A DNA stretch of 62,706 nt, filler included, from Basidiobolus ranarum (GCA_040143965.1; 12 parts of 12 records of this genome joined end to end with filler, not necessarily neighbours in it), one strand, 5' to 3'; positions 38,258 through 52,537 are shown, counted from the whole stretch's first letter. Notes: generated by a model from the letters alone, not told the origin. Numbers and translations: made by a program.

Positions 38258-39930
38258 TATTGATTGGACAACTCGGATCCATGTATGTCAATACAGCCAC
38301 GTTCCACTCATCATTCAGCAGTGTCTATTGATTTCCCACACCGCGGACTTCACATGTAACAAAACCCTCTCCTGATGGCTACCTCAAGCACTTCCAATCA
38401 GAGCGCGGTGGATGAGATAACATCTAGCAACGCTTGGGTTTTCATCTCTTCGAAGCAGATCTAAACGTTTCCATGGGATCCGATGCTGAGTTACATTATG
38501 ACTACCAATAAGTAAGAATCCGCCCTGAATTGTGGGCCTATTTTGATGTTTAAATAGGAAATGTTTGAGATTTGAGCAACTTTGATATGTAGCTTAACTC
38601 TAATGAATCTGTAGTCACGAGTCACCGCGCAACGTGTGTACGTTAATCATGTAAACCACGGATTCAGCTCAACCAGAATTGTCCATTGATCAAGATTACT
38701 GCTCATAACACTAATAGACTTGTACCATATAAGGCAATTCAGCACCTCCTTTGAGTAAACAAGCAACCTGAGCTCTTCTAGGGGCTCCACTGTATATGCA
38801 AAAATTGCAAGTAGACCGTTTTTTCTCTCAGTGAAGGATGTAGTGAGTACCCTTGTCTAGAAACACTAGTCGAAGCTTGTGGTGCATCCAAATTGGCATA
38901 ACCAACCTGCCACTTTCCATATGTATGTTATCAGTGCCAGCGTGTGCGTCCTCAACAATGACAGGCAATGACGATACTTCTATTCGGAGGATTCGAAGGT
39001 TACTATCCAGGGTGTAGGTTACTCAACACCGATTTCTTTTTCACTCGAGTTGCATGTTGGAGGTGACTATCGAGTTTGAAGTACCTGGCCAAGTAACCAT
39101 GGTCGGTCTCGTGCTTGATTGACATGTCGGATGGTGTGGTGTGTATTCTATTGTACATCTCATGTGGACATGAGTATTATGGTGGTGAGATTCAAATGGT
39201 AAGTATCGAGCCAATAAAGTCCCAACAACATTCTAAATAGAAATCAAACTTATTGGCAATTATTATCCTCCCCACGGTATTGTAGTTCAACCACTCAAGT
39301 ACATATGGCCCACAATCCAACTGCACAGTACTCAATATTGCAGAAAATTAGGATATTTGAGTAGTTCCCAACCCCACTTTTAACTTTTGCTTACTGATAT
39401 TCATAAATGTATTGCCTATTCATTCCTAAAATCTCGCAGTATTTCCTATGTTCAGATTGAAGCATGCATGTGGAATAAATATAGCAAATATTGAGTACTG
39501 ATAAAATCCCCTCACTATTCAAAACATTCCTTTTGCTTCTCTACACTTTGTGAGATATTGTCATTGAATTATCAGTTAATATATCTTTGCTGCAATCAGT
39601 TATCTCCAGTATATAGTAAACATATCAAGCTCTAAAATACTTTTAAATTTATTGAGGCATGTTGTGTCCAAGAGAAAAGTGATAAAAAGTCTTTAACTTT
39701 ACTGAACCAAAGAAACAGTTATGTGCAGAGTCTTACTACTGTTTAAGTAGGAGATATGAGCAGAGTAGGTCTAACTAATATGAGTATTGAGAATACCTGT
39801 GGTCTGCTATGTAATGGTGCAGAGTAGGTTTGCTAGGCTAGAAGGTTTGGGAATGAATATTAGAATGCAAAAATGAAGATATTTGAGATATACTAGGCTT
39901 AAGGTGAGATACTAGTACTCTTTGAGACAT

Positions 39931-40280
39931 ATTTGGAGATATTTAGAAGTTGGTTGGAAGTAGTTTGGAGAACTGAAAAATTAGTGCTTTTAGCTAATCA
40001 ATATATTGAGTAGTAAGAAGCTGTTTATAAATTTATAAAGATATAAACAGGCCAAAACTTAGAATATGTCAAGCAAGGTCTTAAGAGTGTTCATTCAAAG
40101 TTTGGGGCTTCTAGCACAAGCTTGAGAAATTGATGTATTTGAGAACTTCTAAGTTGCTACTAATACACCAAGTCAATTTCATTGGAGATTAGCAAATGGT
40201 ATCCTAGTGAAATACAAAATAACCAAATGCTAAGGTATAAATAACTATGAAGTTGCTTAGACTAGACTTATTTCTAAACA
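39931..40280 (-). mobile_element. Diverged copia family A LTR
   Basis: Reverse complement resembles 12955-13301 (TTCTCCAAACTACTTCCAAC, GCTAGAAGCCCCAAACTTTG, TTAGAAGTTCTCA). Confidence 0.75.
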
Positions 40281-41355
40281 TAAGCTGCTCCTCCACACAA
40301 TATTTGTCTACAATACATAGAAATAGAACATTGATGTTGCAGGGCAAAAAACATGCAATAATAAGTCAGCATCTTCACATGGTTAGCTTCTGTCAAAGAA
40401 GCTGGGGTGAGTGAATTGATTTGCTGATACATGATCAGCTGATTAGTTGATTGCTCCAATGTTCTGCTACAAATAGATGTGTCATTGTTTGAATAGATTA
40501 CCCCATGGCTAAAATGTGATGGTATCTTGATGTTTTGAAGCATTTTCTCAATCAATTCAAACTTTAATCCTATTTTGAATGGCTCATTCATATTGAATTT
40601 GCTACTATATAGCTGAGTAAGTAGTATTGGAATGTTGATGAATAGTAAGTGCATAGTGCCTAATAGGAAGCTCTGGCTCCAGCTGATCCCCTATAGCAAT
40701 ATAATCTTAGGCTTACAGCTAATACCAAGTTTGATGAGAGACTGACTATTTGGTGAACTGATATCAGTGATCATTTGAAATCTGCCTAGGCTCTTGATAG
40801 AAAAATCATGAAGTTTAGCTTTGTATTTGAATAGTAGTAATGCATATGCCTGAAAGTGTAAACTCAATTGATTTGACAAAATATACAGCAAGAACATGCA
40901 TTGTGCCTGCAGAAACCTGCAAGTCTACTGATGGCAGGAGAGTCACCAATCCCTATAATGGTATTAGCTTTAATAAAATATTCACCCATCTGAACCCCAT
41001 TAGATAACCATTCAAATTCCACAATCAAAGGCTCCAAGAAGCTCTCTATAAGCACTGGTGATTTAGGTCCAGATATGATGGATAGTATCAAAATACTGTG
41101 ACTCTTATACTGCTCAGAAGGAGGAAGATTTAAGTTAATTAAAATTGTTGGCCAGTAAGCCATTCCAATGATGTATTTGTTTAGCAAGAAACCATCCAGA
41201 GCCAATGCAAACACATGATCATAGATGTTCTCAAAGAAACCTTGACTTTTGAGATTCTGGTAGTGCTATCCATCAAGTATATTGGTAATAGCATCAGCCT
41301 TATGGTGAGTACTTTAGTATTGGATCAATGATCTATATTTGGGTGATTTCATCAA
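40281..41355 (-). mobile_element. CACTA/CMC transposase core (Transposase_21-like), degenerate
   Basis: FALALDGF...YWPTILINLNLPPSEQYK..ILILSIISGPKSP..IESFLEPLIVEF..L..G...IGDSPAISRLAGFCRHNACSCCIFC...TMHLLFINI. Confidence 0.9.
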
Positions 41356-41919
41356 GACTTTAAGATGCAGTGTAGTTGTTTTAGGGTGTAAGCAGCAACT
41401 ATAACTGCAATATCCTAAGGGTTTTGTGAGGTGGCCAAAGGGTGCAATGATCACAGTTGAATAACTCTGGGATGTACTGTAATATGGGTCTGTCTCTTGC
41501 CTCTTGGGTCTTTGTGAAAGGGAATCAAGGCTCTAGAAATGTCTAAGGACTGATAAACCACAATACAAACTCCAGCTTTCCATTGAATAATATGCTGACG
41601 CCTGACAAAAGAATATACTGGCTTCAGTGTCCTTTGAGAATGATCAGATAAAAAGGGTATATCCAATCAAAAACAACTGTAAACTCAGCCAGCAGGGTCT
41701 TGAATGAGGATGCACTAGTAGTGATTTATCCAAGGATATGAAAAAGTTCCTTGCCTATGCAGACAAAGCTAGGGAAAAAATATAAAGTATCAGAAATATA
41801 ACACCTACCTGTCAGTACTNNNNNNNNNNNNNNNNNNNNNNNNNNNNNNNNNNNNNNNNNNNNTTAATTAATTAANNNNNNNNNNNNNNNNNNNNNNNNN
41901 NNNNNNNNNNNNNNNNNNN

Positions 41920-42032
41920 ATCAATTAGAGCAATAAACACATGTTTTTGAATGACAAAATTGAGTGCTAAATAATCAAAATATGAATAAACTAACTATTA
42001 AGTAATGAGTTGCTATTTACCTAATTTCAACA
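41920..42032 (-). mobile_element. Partial copia family B LTR
   Basis: Reverse complement begins TGTTGAAATTAGGTAAATAGCAACTC, nearly matching the LTR start at 58085. Confidence 0.85.
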
Positions 42033-42329
42033 GCTATACATTCTAGGATCTCCCAATGGAGCACACCTGTTGTGAAATGATGCTCTCTGGGAAATCATCA
42101 GTATTACCTAATGCAAATCTGATTTACAATGTAGCAACAAAATCAGTGCTGGATGCAATACAATAGGTTGGGGGGACTGCAGACTATGTTAAGCTTCCAA
42201 CAAAGGGCACTTTTTAGTGTGCTCATGGGTTTTTGCATTGTTTGAGCTCAATAACAGCATCAAAACCCAATCCATGGATTCACCCCAACAAAATAAAGTC
42301 AATTTGAGCCATATCAGATCTACTCTTCT

Positions 42330-45300
42330 GGATTGCAAAACATCCAAACTGCTTGGGTAACACTTGAGAAACTCTATGAGACTTAAAGTTTGGCTAATAG
42401 GCTATATTTAAGGCAAAAATTATTCTGGATTCAGATGAAATCAGATAATTTTATGCTTAATCAACTAAATTGGACAAAAGCTATGGCATATCAGCACTCA
42501 TCCATTGGAGCACCTCTAAATGAGGATGACTTAGTCATGACACTACTTGGGAGCCTGCTAGATGAGTTTGGGAACCTTATAATTGCCCTAGAATTAAGAT
42601 CAAAGCTATTAGCATTGGAATATGTTGGTGCTGGGCTGTTGAATGAGGAATTCAGGAGATTGAATTCTCAGCAAAATAGTGCAGATCAGGCATTTAGTAG
42701 AGCTGCAAAATGTCCAACAGGCTACAATAATGGTGCCTCTAAAAGGATATCATTTATCTGCAAGTATTGCAAGAGACCAGGTCATTTAATCAAAGATAGC
42801 AGAAAGAGGATTGTTGCTAAAAAGTTAAAATTGGAACAAGCACTTCAAGTAAGCACTGATAGGCATCATCTATTTGTGTTTGCCCTATTGGTACCCACTA
42901 AAGAAGACTCCAAAACATGCTATGTTGATTCAGAAGCCTCCCAGCATATGTCAAACAAGAAAGATTGGTGTTCCAGCCTAAAACCCACCCAAACAATGAA
43001 AGTGTCCATAGGTGATGACTTTGTACTAGATGTAGTTGGTAGGGGCCTTGTAATGTTCAATTTAGACCAAAATTCAGCTACACCATCTGCAAATTTGTAT
43101 TATGTACTCTATGTACCAGATATGGCCAAGAATCTACTCTTAGTCAGTGAAGAAACAACTGAAAGTCTAAATCGTGTGATCAGCAAGGCTGAATGCACTA
43201 TCACTGATTGGAATAGCACCAAATTAGCTACTGGGATCACAACTCAAAAATCATACAAGTTAAAAGTCAACAAATTGCATTCTGAGCAAGTAAACTGGCC
43301 AAAACCAGTGAAAAAAGCTGTGAAACATGGCATTGATAGTTTGGCCATGGTGGGGAACAAAAACTGACCCAAATGGTCCAATATCAGCATGCTCCTGGCT
43401 TAAAAATTAATAATATCACTAAATTGAATCCTTGTGAAGGTGGCATAAATAAAAAGCATCACAGGCAGCTGTTTTCAAGCTCTAGAGATATCAAATCCAC
43501 TCAGGAATTTGCTCTGATTCATTTGGACCTATGTGGCCCATTAAAAATGACTCACTAGGTGGGAAAAGGTACTTTATGAACTTTATTGATGACAAAACAA
43601 AATATACTTGGGTATTCTTTTTGAAATCAAGATCCACAGCCTTAGCTCTGATTAAGCCTTAAAAAGCAATGGTAGAGAAAGAATCAGCTCAAAAAATAAG
43701 GGCACCAGGGCGTGAAAATGGTGAAAAATACTTATCTAAAGGCCTTACTAGTTTTTGTTCTGGTCATGGAATTAAGCAACAAACTACTGTACCTTATACT
43801 CCACAGTAAGATGGAGTTGCAGAATGTGCAAATAGGACCATAGTGGAGATGGCAAGATCAATGTTACATGATCAAAAGTTAGATTACCAATATTTGGCTG
43901 AATGTGTCTACACTGCTGTCTATATCAAAAACAGATGCCCAGCAAAATTGCTACAAAATTCCACCGCATTTGATGCCCTGTATAGATCAAAACCAAGTGT
44001 GGATCATTTCAGGATCTTTGGTTGCACAGCATAATGCCTTATTCTAGCTCAAAACCACTCTGAATTGGAACCCAAAAGTATTAAATGCAAATATCTTGGT
44101 TACTGTGATGGATCTAAGGCCCACAGACTGTTTGATACCAAAAACTAGTTCTTGATCCAGAACACACAAACAGCACTATTCAGGAAGTGTCTGACAAAAT
44201 TGCAGCTGTATCTGAGCCCAATTTGATCAAAATTCCAGCTCCAATTACATCAGAAGATGATTGGTGCCCTGAAAGATCATCTAAAAGGAGAAATAATGCA
44301 GGGAATTGGTGGAATACTTCCAATAATGATGTATATGCATATGCAGCATTCTGTGACAAACCACAAACTCTAGATCAAGCTCAGGGGTGTCCAGATACAA
44401 AATTATGGGAAAAAGCAATGTCTGATGGGTTTTCTTCACTTCAGGACAATAAAACACAGGTTTTAAGTCCTATTCCATCAGGAAGAGAGCAAAAATATTG
44501 TAAATGGGTCTATAGAGTTAAAAGCCAAGCTGGTAGAACCATGGACAGGTACAAAGCAAAATTTGTTGCAAAAGGTTATTCGCAGACTATCCAAGTTGAT
44601 TTTAACAAAATGTTTGCTCCAGTTGCTAAGCTTTGCTGCATTAGATCAATGCTGGCACTCTCAGCCATCCATAGCCTTGATTTACATCAGATGAATGTAA
44701 AAACAGCCTTTCTGAATGGAAATCTAGAAGTGGAGATCTATATGGAGCACCCAGATGGATTTGTTGACCCAAGACACCCCAATATGGTCTGTAAACTGAA
44801 AATATTGCTATAAGGACTAAAGCAAGCACCCAGGGCTTGGTAAAACAATATAGATACCTATTTGCAATCACTAGAATTCCAAAAATGCTCAGCAGATTAC
44901 AGTACTTACATCAAAACAACCAGAAATAGGATCCTTATCACGGCACTATAAGCAGATGACTTAATCATAGCCACAAATGATCTAGAAGCACTTAATTAGA
45001 CAAAAAGTAGCTTATCAAACCAATTTCAGATGACTCATATGGGTGAGTTATGTTATTTTCTTGGAATCCAAATCAAGAGAAATAAGCCCAATCAGAAAAT
45101 CATGCTGAATCAGTCTAGATACATCCTAGAAATCCTCAAATGCTTCAACATGCAGAATAGCAAGCCTGTATAAACTCCAATGAATCCCAATGTGAAATTA
45201 ATTAAAAATTCATCCAATTTTGCCCAAAATGACTCAAATCAAAGCTAGGAGTTCCCTGATCAATCCATGGTTGGTAGTTTAATGTATACAATGGTTGGAA

Positions 45301-45590
45301 GATGTCCAGACATTGCTGTTGCTGTGGGAACTGTTGGCCAATACCTCAAAAATCAAGGATCTGAGCACAAAACTGCAGTAAAACAAATATTCAGGTATTT
45401 GAGGAGAACTGTAGAACTAGTTCTGGAATACTCTGCCACTCCTGATGCACAAAACTTTGAAGGCTACAGTGATGCCAACTGGGGAAGAAACCTTGATGAT
45501 AGAAGAACAACACCTGGATACACTTTTCTCTATGGTAATGGAGCCATAACTTGGAATAGTAAGAAGCAACCAACTATTGCACTTTCTACT
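42330..45590 (+). mobile_element. Near full-length degenerate copia family B gag-pol
   Basis: CKYCKRPGH, YVDSEASQHM, IHLDLCGP, EMARSMLH, CKWVYRVK...YKAKFVAKGYSQ, QMNVKTAFLNG, ADDLII, VGSLMY, GYSDANW and AITWNSKKQ, in the copia order PR-IN-RT-RH. Confidence 0.95.
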
Positions 45591-46030
45591 TGTTGCTAGA
45601 TGTTGATGTTGGTTACTCCAGTACTGATGGTAGAATATCAGAAATTGACAAAGAAGACAACAGTTCTGTTACAGACTCTTTGTTATTAGCAAGCATTACT
45701 CAACTCATGACACTTACAGAAAAGGAGGCAGCTTTGATTATTGAGAAGTGGACAGTTCAAATCAATCTTAGCAATATGGTGTTAATTGGTTTTGTGTCAC
45801 TATTGTCACAGGTGATTGGCAACCATTGCTTTCCATAGACCTGGTACAAGTGGAAAACACTTGTTTATTGTATGTATTATAACCTTTCAGTAATTACACT
45901 ACCTTCATGTCCAAATGGTTCTTTGGCTTGTACTGGTGATCTGAGAAACCTGCAGTCATGTACTGTATGCACTCAACAGAAATCACTGAATCAGTTAAGT
46001 ATTGTTCATATTTGACATATGTACTAGACT
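45591..46030 (+). mobile_element. CMC transposase internal fragment
   Basis: Homologous to the reverse complement of about 18480-18910 (shared AGACCTGGTACAAGTGGAAA). Confidence 0.75.
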
Positions 46031-46068
46031 TGTTCTTTTGGACCAGGTTAGATTGTGCTGCTTGATTC

Positions 46069-46418
46069 TGATAATGGTGTTTAGGGGATTTAGAAGTATT
46101 TTGGACCAGATTTGGATTTGTAAATTAGACACATAGGTTTATTGAAGTGAATATATCTTATTTATAGTTTACTATGAAATAGGACTATTGGATGTACTTA
46201 AATCATAACAACCATGCCTGTTAAGCATGGGTGAAAATAAGAGATGATTTGGAGAAGTTTTGAGAAAATAGTGAAAATTGGTAAGAGTATTCCAATTGAT
46301 ATTTCTAACAACTAGAGCAAATAGACACGTTTTTGAATGGCAGAATTGAGTACTAAATAATTAGAATATGAATAAACTAACTACTAAATAATGGGTTGCC
46401 ATTTACCTAATTTCAACA
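46069..46418 (-). mobile_element. Complete copia family B LTR (350 bp)
   Basis: TGTTGAAATTAGG...TTATCA on the minus strand, homologous to 58085-58436. The right flank resumes RNase H (LSATEAEYITAS). Confidence 0.9.
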
Positions 46419-46850
46419 CTTTCTGCTACAGAAGCAGAGTATATTACTGCCTCCACTGCTACAAAAGAAGCTGTGGTTTAGACTATAAACAGGACATATT
46501 TGATTTGATAAAACCTAAGTGTCTTATTCACAAATCCAATTCTTGTCCTCAACACTTCCAAATCCTGTAAACACTTTTATCAGATATTGATGGAAGTCCA
46601 GATAAAATATGATGGTATCATAATGTTTTCAAGCTTTTGCCCAATTAATTCCAATATCAATTGTATCTCAAATAGCTCATTCTTTTTGAATTTTCTACTA
46701 TATATCTGAGTAAGTAGTATTGGAGTGTTGTGGAATAGTAAGTGCATAGTGCCTAATAGGAATATAATCTCAGGCGCATGGCTAATACTAAGTTTGATCT
46801 TAGACTGACTTTTGAAAAATTGATATTAATAAGCATATTGAAATCTTGTT
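46419..46850. mobile_element. Mosaic: copia RNase H piece, family B LTR 3' part (ends 46582), CMC transposase piece (minus strand)
   Basis: Matches 58330-58436 and 40500-40790 respectively. Confidence 0.7.
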
Positions 46851-48542
46851 GGAGGATCTTGACATTATGGGGGTAAACTTTGGGTACTAGAAGTAACTTA
46901 TGATAGTGTGTTTTAGCTACTTTATTCTTAAGAGTATATGGTGACTTATATAATAGAAAAGTAAATCAATTGTTTGAGATATTCAGGAGTTTGTGTAATA
47001 AGATATAATAGATAAGTGAGGGTAATAAGACATACTTGTTATATANNNNNNNNNNNNNNNNNNNNNNNNNNNNNNNNNNNNNNNNNNNNTTAATTAATTA
47101 ANNNNNNNNNNNNNNNNNNNNNNNNNNNNNNNNNNNNNNNNNNNNGGACGTATTTGTTGCTCCATAGCCATATAGTAGCGATGAATGCACAGAATTGAAA
47201 AACTGCCCCTGAAGTGATTTCAGGCAGTCACCGTCTATCCATGGACCCCCAAACGCATCAAGCAGCATGTATGAATTTCACCACTTCGAGTATATGGAGC
47301 GGACAGTACACAAAGTTAGTCCATCTGTCAATTATGCCTTTACTCAATACTGGATATTTAATATAGAATTGGGTAATCTAAAAGATGTACAACTCAATTT
47401 GGTACCACCCTAGGCCTGATCAATCTCGACTGATGCTAATATTATGGACAATGGCCCGATGGTCTCCGACGCAATGGAACAAGCATGCGGATTAGAGATT
47501 TAGGAACATCAGACAACCAAGAGCCAATGATGCTTGATACCGTCTTCGCATGGAAGGAATAGATTCCAAGATCACTGTCCCTGTAACAAACAATATCAAC
47601 TCAAATGACTCGTATATGAAATATGGCTAGATGCGTGTTTAAGTAATATTGGGATATATTTAGAGGTAAGAGGCTGGACCATTCCACGGCATACTAGCAA
47701 TGTAGCATTTAACCATGTGAGACGACAACTTTGGAACCCAGGCAACATCCCCATTTATCTCTTTGTAGCAATATTGATGACTGAAGTAGTATACCCGACT
47801 GAATCGACTACTTTTCAACCACGTTGGCGGGTAATGGCAGATAGTACAAACAAGGCGCCATCGAATATATACCTTGAGAACTCCAAAGCACTACAGATAC
47901 CGATCTTTTAGCAGTGGAATTCATAAGTATTTAGGCACTCGATACATCTGAGCCTGTAAATTATGCAGTATAGTCTGGTGGAATTTTCTGTGCCAAAGCC
48001 CAAATTGCAGGGTTACAGTTATTCTATATCCAATATGGTAACGGCTCAGCCTCCACTTTCCATGTGGAATATTGGCATCCTAATATGGACCTCCTCTCCA
48101 TGGTAGTGCAGCAGATGAATATTGCACAATGATCGCCGCTGAGATCCATTTATCGCAGCGGTCACAATCGCTGTTGAGTAGAGAAGTATTGTTCTCAAGA
48201 AGCATCCGCTCGGTATAGATCGTAAGGGATATGCTACATATGATACTCAAAAAGCATATATTAGAACATGGATTAGGGTTCAAACTGATTCTGATGACAT
48301 ACAGTCATCTCTCAAATCAGAACTCAACCATCACTCAAATCCCAAACCCGCTCATATTGCATTGCATCATCTGATTCATAACTGACTGTCCAAAACTATG
48401 GGTTCACTCGTCTTAGTGTGTCACCTCTATGAGCATTGAAACATGCGGGTTTGTTATATTCGCACAGTATAATTTCTTATCACACCCATTCGATTTATTT
48501 ATTTGCGGGTCAGGTTTCTGACCCATCAACAGCCAAGTTGTC

Positions 48543-50988
48543 ATGTCTAACAGACCAGATTTCTCCCAAGTAACAAGTGAGGAGGAACAGCAGTCACTTT
48601 TGACTACAAACACCCAAGCCACTATATTTGCAGCTGGGGATGATGCTAATATTTTGGCAAGGCGTGTTCGAAAAACAATCACTTGTCTCTTTTCTCTGAT
48701 TAACTGTATCATTCCCGAACCTGTGGAGTCAGAAGATGTTACTCGCTGCGACTCCCCCATCATTACAAAAGAGGTGGTACATTATGCTTTGGAAGCTGCT
48801 CGTCTTGCTGGAGGTTATGAGGAAGAGAGAATAGAGCCACATCATGTTGTTTATTGTACACTCAGATGCGTAGCTGTCTATAAAAAAGAAGCGGAAAAAG
48901 ATGCCACTTGGACTACACTGATGGATTTAAGGGCTTTAGCCTCTCAAGTACTGGCTAAAAATTTGTTCGTACCATCTCATCAACCTTGCACAGTTGTTGG
49001 AGCCTACTTAATTATAATGCTTTTACTCTACTAGGATTCAAACTTTTCATGACCGACATTCTTTGAATGTTGACGTACTATTATGCAAATATCACTCAGA
49101 GGGTGAGCGAATAGCTAGTGCTACTAATGGTACCTATAGCGAAATCAGTTTTCCTGTAAAGTTGCGTGTCATAATCAAAGTTGGATTTTTCATCAGCCAT
49201 CGAGATAGCTATCGATGTTCATGCCACACTCTTCTTGGCCGATTACGAGGTTCAGAAATGTATTGAGGTATACCTCGTAATTGCTCAATAACCGATGTCT
49301 TGCTAAATAAAACATCTCTATTTTTAAGGCAATTTGGGATGGCACCATCCTACAGAAAGAAGATAATCACGGAAACACGTATTTTGTCAGATATGAAGCA
49401 AATCTCTCGAGTTCGATGCGGCGACATATTCACACTGAACGTCTCAACGTACCTAGGTACTTTTCGCAGAATCTCCAAGATGCTAGTATCTAAGAACTAA
49501 CATCATATCTATTGAGGGTAGATATCAGGATGCAATTCGTATCTTTTCATTTCTGTGTTTCCTGGGGCTTTATACCTGCGTTGTGAATAATCGCACCGAT
49601 GAGCCCGAGTTTCTGGAATGGATAGTTTACGCATATGTATTAGGGTACATCTTCGAAGAATTTCGTTTGGTAACGTATGTTCATTTTTCTAGAAGATACT
49701 GCCCCTTATCACTATCACCACTATGATGAATATACTAATAAGTTCCGCCTGACTAGCTTTACGAGGGTGGAGTGTTCTATTTATCCAACCTGTGGCATTG
49801 GGTTGATATTGTTATGCACTCGTTATTCATCGTTTCCTTCGGCTTTCGCGTTGCTGTGCTCTTGACTCACAATCATGACAAGTTAGCATGGTATGATGAT
49901 ACAGCCTACGACGTGTTATCGATGCTAGCGATTGTGTTATGGGTGAAGGCTGTATCCTTGTTGGATGGCTGGAAATTCTTTGGAAACATGATTATTGTTT
50001 TGCAAGCGATGATTAAGGATAGCTTTATGTTCTTTCTGTTACTTCCATGGATTTTTGTTGGCTTTCTTCAGAGCTTTTATGCACTTGGTGGTGGTGCAGA
50101 TGGAAACGAAGAAAAAGGCATCTTGGTGTCATTTAGTATGTTGAGCAGGGCTTTTTTAGCGTAAGTCGAGTTCTTCATATCATTGTTAGTCAGATTATGG
50201 TTGATAGAGATACCAATAACTGATTATATCTATTATATAGGGATGTGAATTTCGATATGGCTAAAACCTATCATCCTATTTATGGAGAGTTTCTTTTCGG
50301 GGTCTACCTTTTCTTCACTGTAATACTACTTCTCAACATTCTTATCGCTCTTTTCAACTCCTCTTATGTAAGAATCACCAAAGAAGCGGAACGAGAATAC
50401 CTTGCGTTGTTCACTTTTAAAGCATTTTCCTTCTTGAAATCTCCGGATGAATTCCCGTTTCCTGTTCCTTTTAACCTCATTGAGGTGATAATTGTTCTTC
50501 CTACGTCGATTGTGCTTCCACCAAAAGCTTACATTTGGCTCAAGCAAAAGATACTTTCAGGTTTATTGCGGATTCCTTTGGTACTAATCGCGTGGCAAGA
50601 AGTACGACAATTGCGCGCATTAGCCTTCCGAGAACTAGATACTTCCTTGCATGAGCAACTCAAATCTGACGCAACAGAGGCTCAAGCTCAACAAATGACT
50701 CGCGTATTTTTACCCTTAAAAACGATACCTGACCATAACCATACCAAGATTGAGTCTTTCCATCAGTACAAGAAACGAATCGACTATGTCAAAGATAATG
50801 AGTATTATTCACTTAACCAGGAAAGCACTAAAGGAAAAGAAGCCCCGGAAGCTTCTGGCAAAACTTCTCTTGAACAAGAAACGTTACTGAAAGAAGTCTT
50901 GGAAACATTAACCTGTATGGAAAGGAAACAAACAACTTTGGAGAATTCGATGAAAGAGTTACTACAAAGATTAAAGTCAGCAAATTAA
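48543..50988 (+). CDS. TRP-type cation channel, Yvc1/TRPY1-like, multi-exon
   Basis: SPIITKEVV, AIEIAIDVHATLFL...VQKCI, RLNVPRYQ, FYLSNLWHWVD, FFGNMIIVLQAMIKD, ILLLNILIALFNSSY and PFNLIE. Confidence 0.9.
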
Positions 50989-51458
50989 AGAATAGGACTT
51001 GCTTCAATATCAACCGGTTTCCAGCTTAACATTCTGATTTCCTCAATATTCATCCAAAAATCAATAAATTGCTTTTATAGGTTACAAAGTACACACCACT
51101 TACATGAGCATGAAAATTTTAATTATGTAACAAACAATCACGGTAATATGCTATTAATAGAGATCCTTAGAATTCGAACTATTCTCTGGCATGTGTGACG
51201 TTTTTGCTGTGTTTAATATGACCTGAATTAAGTAGTTGAGGTGGAACGAAATTCAAGAGATCCTAGTTCGATCCAATCGATCACGCCACTATCATATGAG
51301 ATTGATTTTAACATAAAAAGAGATCCTCTCAGGGTCAGGTTAGGCGTTTTATTGTTCACTTAACAACCAGAGAAGGTAAAGTGTCCTACACGACTTTAAA
51401 CACTACTTAAAACTCAAAACCACTAGTGCAGTAGTCAACAAAAGCATTCTACTTTACG

Positions 51459-52268
51459 ATGAGCTCGGTTAATACTATTCTACCGACGAGAGTGATTGCG
51501 CTATTCCCATACGAGTCTAACGTAGCTGGGGACTTGACTTTTGAAAAGGAGGAGATTATCGAAGTGGTAGGAAGGGGTAAGTTATGTTTACAGAGGGAGT
51601 TGGGTGAAGTTTCCAAGTGGGTATTTTCCTTTAGTTGATACACTAACAAAAAAACTCACGTAAAGGAACAAACCCGAGGAAACCTTCAAATTTATGTTTC
51701 TTGTTAGGGTATATTTTAACCTTATTTTCATTTTATTAGAGAACGAGAACTGGTGGAAAGGAAGAATCGACCATAGAGTAGGAGTTTTTCCAAAAAATTT
51801 CGTCGAACCTTTGTATGGTTTTTATTTTCCTCAATTATTTCTCTTTCCCTTTTTTCTGAACAAACTTTGGTTTTTTCTTGTAGAGAAGAGGAGTCTTTAC
51901 CCCCACCACCTCCATTGCCACCTCGTAGACCTGAAGAGAACGCATCGGAAAGTAGACCCGGATTAAGGGAGGAACTTTCAAAGCCGGACTTATGGAGGAG
52001 CAATACCCTCAATGTTCAAGCAAGAGGGAGAGATCTCGAGTCAGCTGGAAGGAATTTACTGAGAAGTAACACTGTATCCGCAAACCAATCATCCACTCAA
52101 GGTTTAGAAAAGACGATAAAGCCCAATGAAATAACTGCCAAATATGGTGGTCAAATAATTGGGAAAAGTTTTGAAGGACTATCGAAATCTAACCATGATA
52201 ACATTCGAAGAATTCATGAAGAATCTGGGAATCCACTATTGAAGAAGAATATCACTATAAATGAAAAG
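51459..52268 (+). CDS. N-terminal SH3-domain protein followed by a proline-rich segment (3' truncated)
   Basis: Spliced MSSVNTILPTRVIALFPYESNVAGDLTFEKEEIIEVVGRENENWWKGRIDHRVGVFPKNFVEPLEEESLPPPPPLPPRRP. Confidence 0.88.
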
Positions 52269-52369
52269 NNNNNNNNNNNNNNNNNNNNNNNNNNNNNNNN
52301 NNNNNNNNNNNNTTAATTAATTAANNNNNNNNNNNNNNNNNNNNNNNNNNNNNNNNNNNNNNNNNNNNT

Positions 52370-52537
52370 AACAGCCTAAGTCTTCTTGGAGGTAAGGTTG
52401 ATGCCAGCATATGTCTCAGCAAGAAAAATATAGGCCCCACAGCACCAGTATTGTCAGCTGATACAGGATGTGCAACTCTAATTGCCAATGCCAAACTATT
52501 AGGTATTGCTCATGTCGATGTGTCTCTATGTCATTAA
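52370..52537 (+). CDS. 3' end of a hydrophobic Cys-containing repeat protein
   Basis: NSLSLLGGKVDASICL...CATLIANAKLLGIAHVDVSLCH* contains two LLG..VD.S.C-like units. Confidence 0.45.
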   Translation, partial: NSLSLLGGKVDASICLSKKNIGPTAPVLSADTGCATLIANAKLLGIAHVDVSLCH

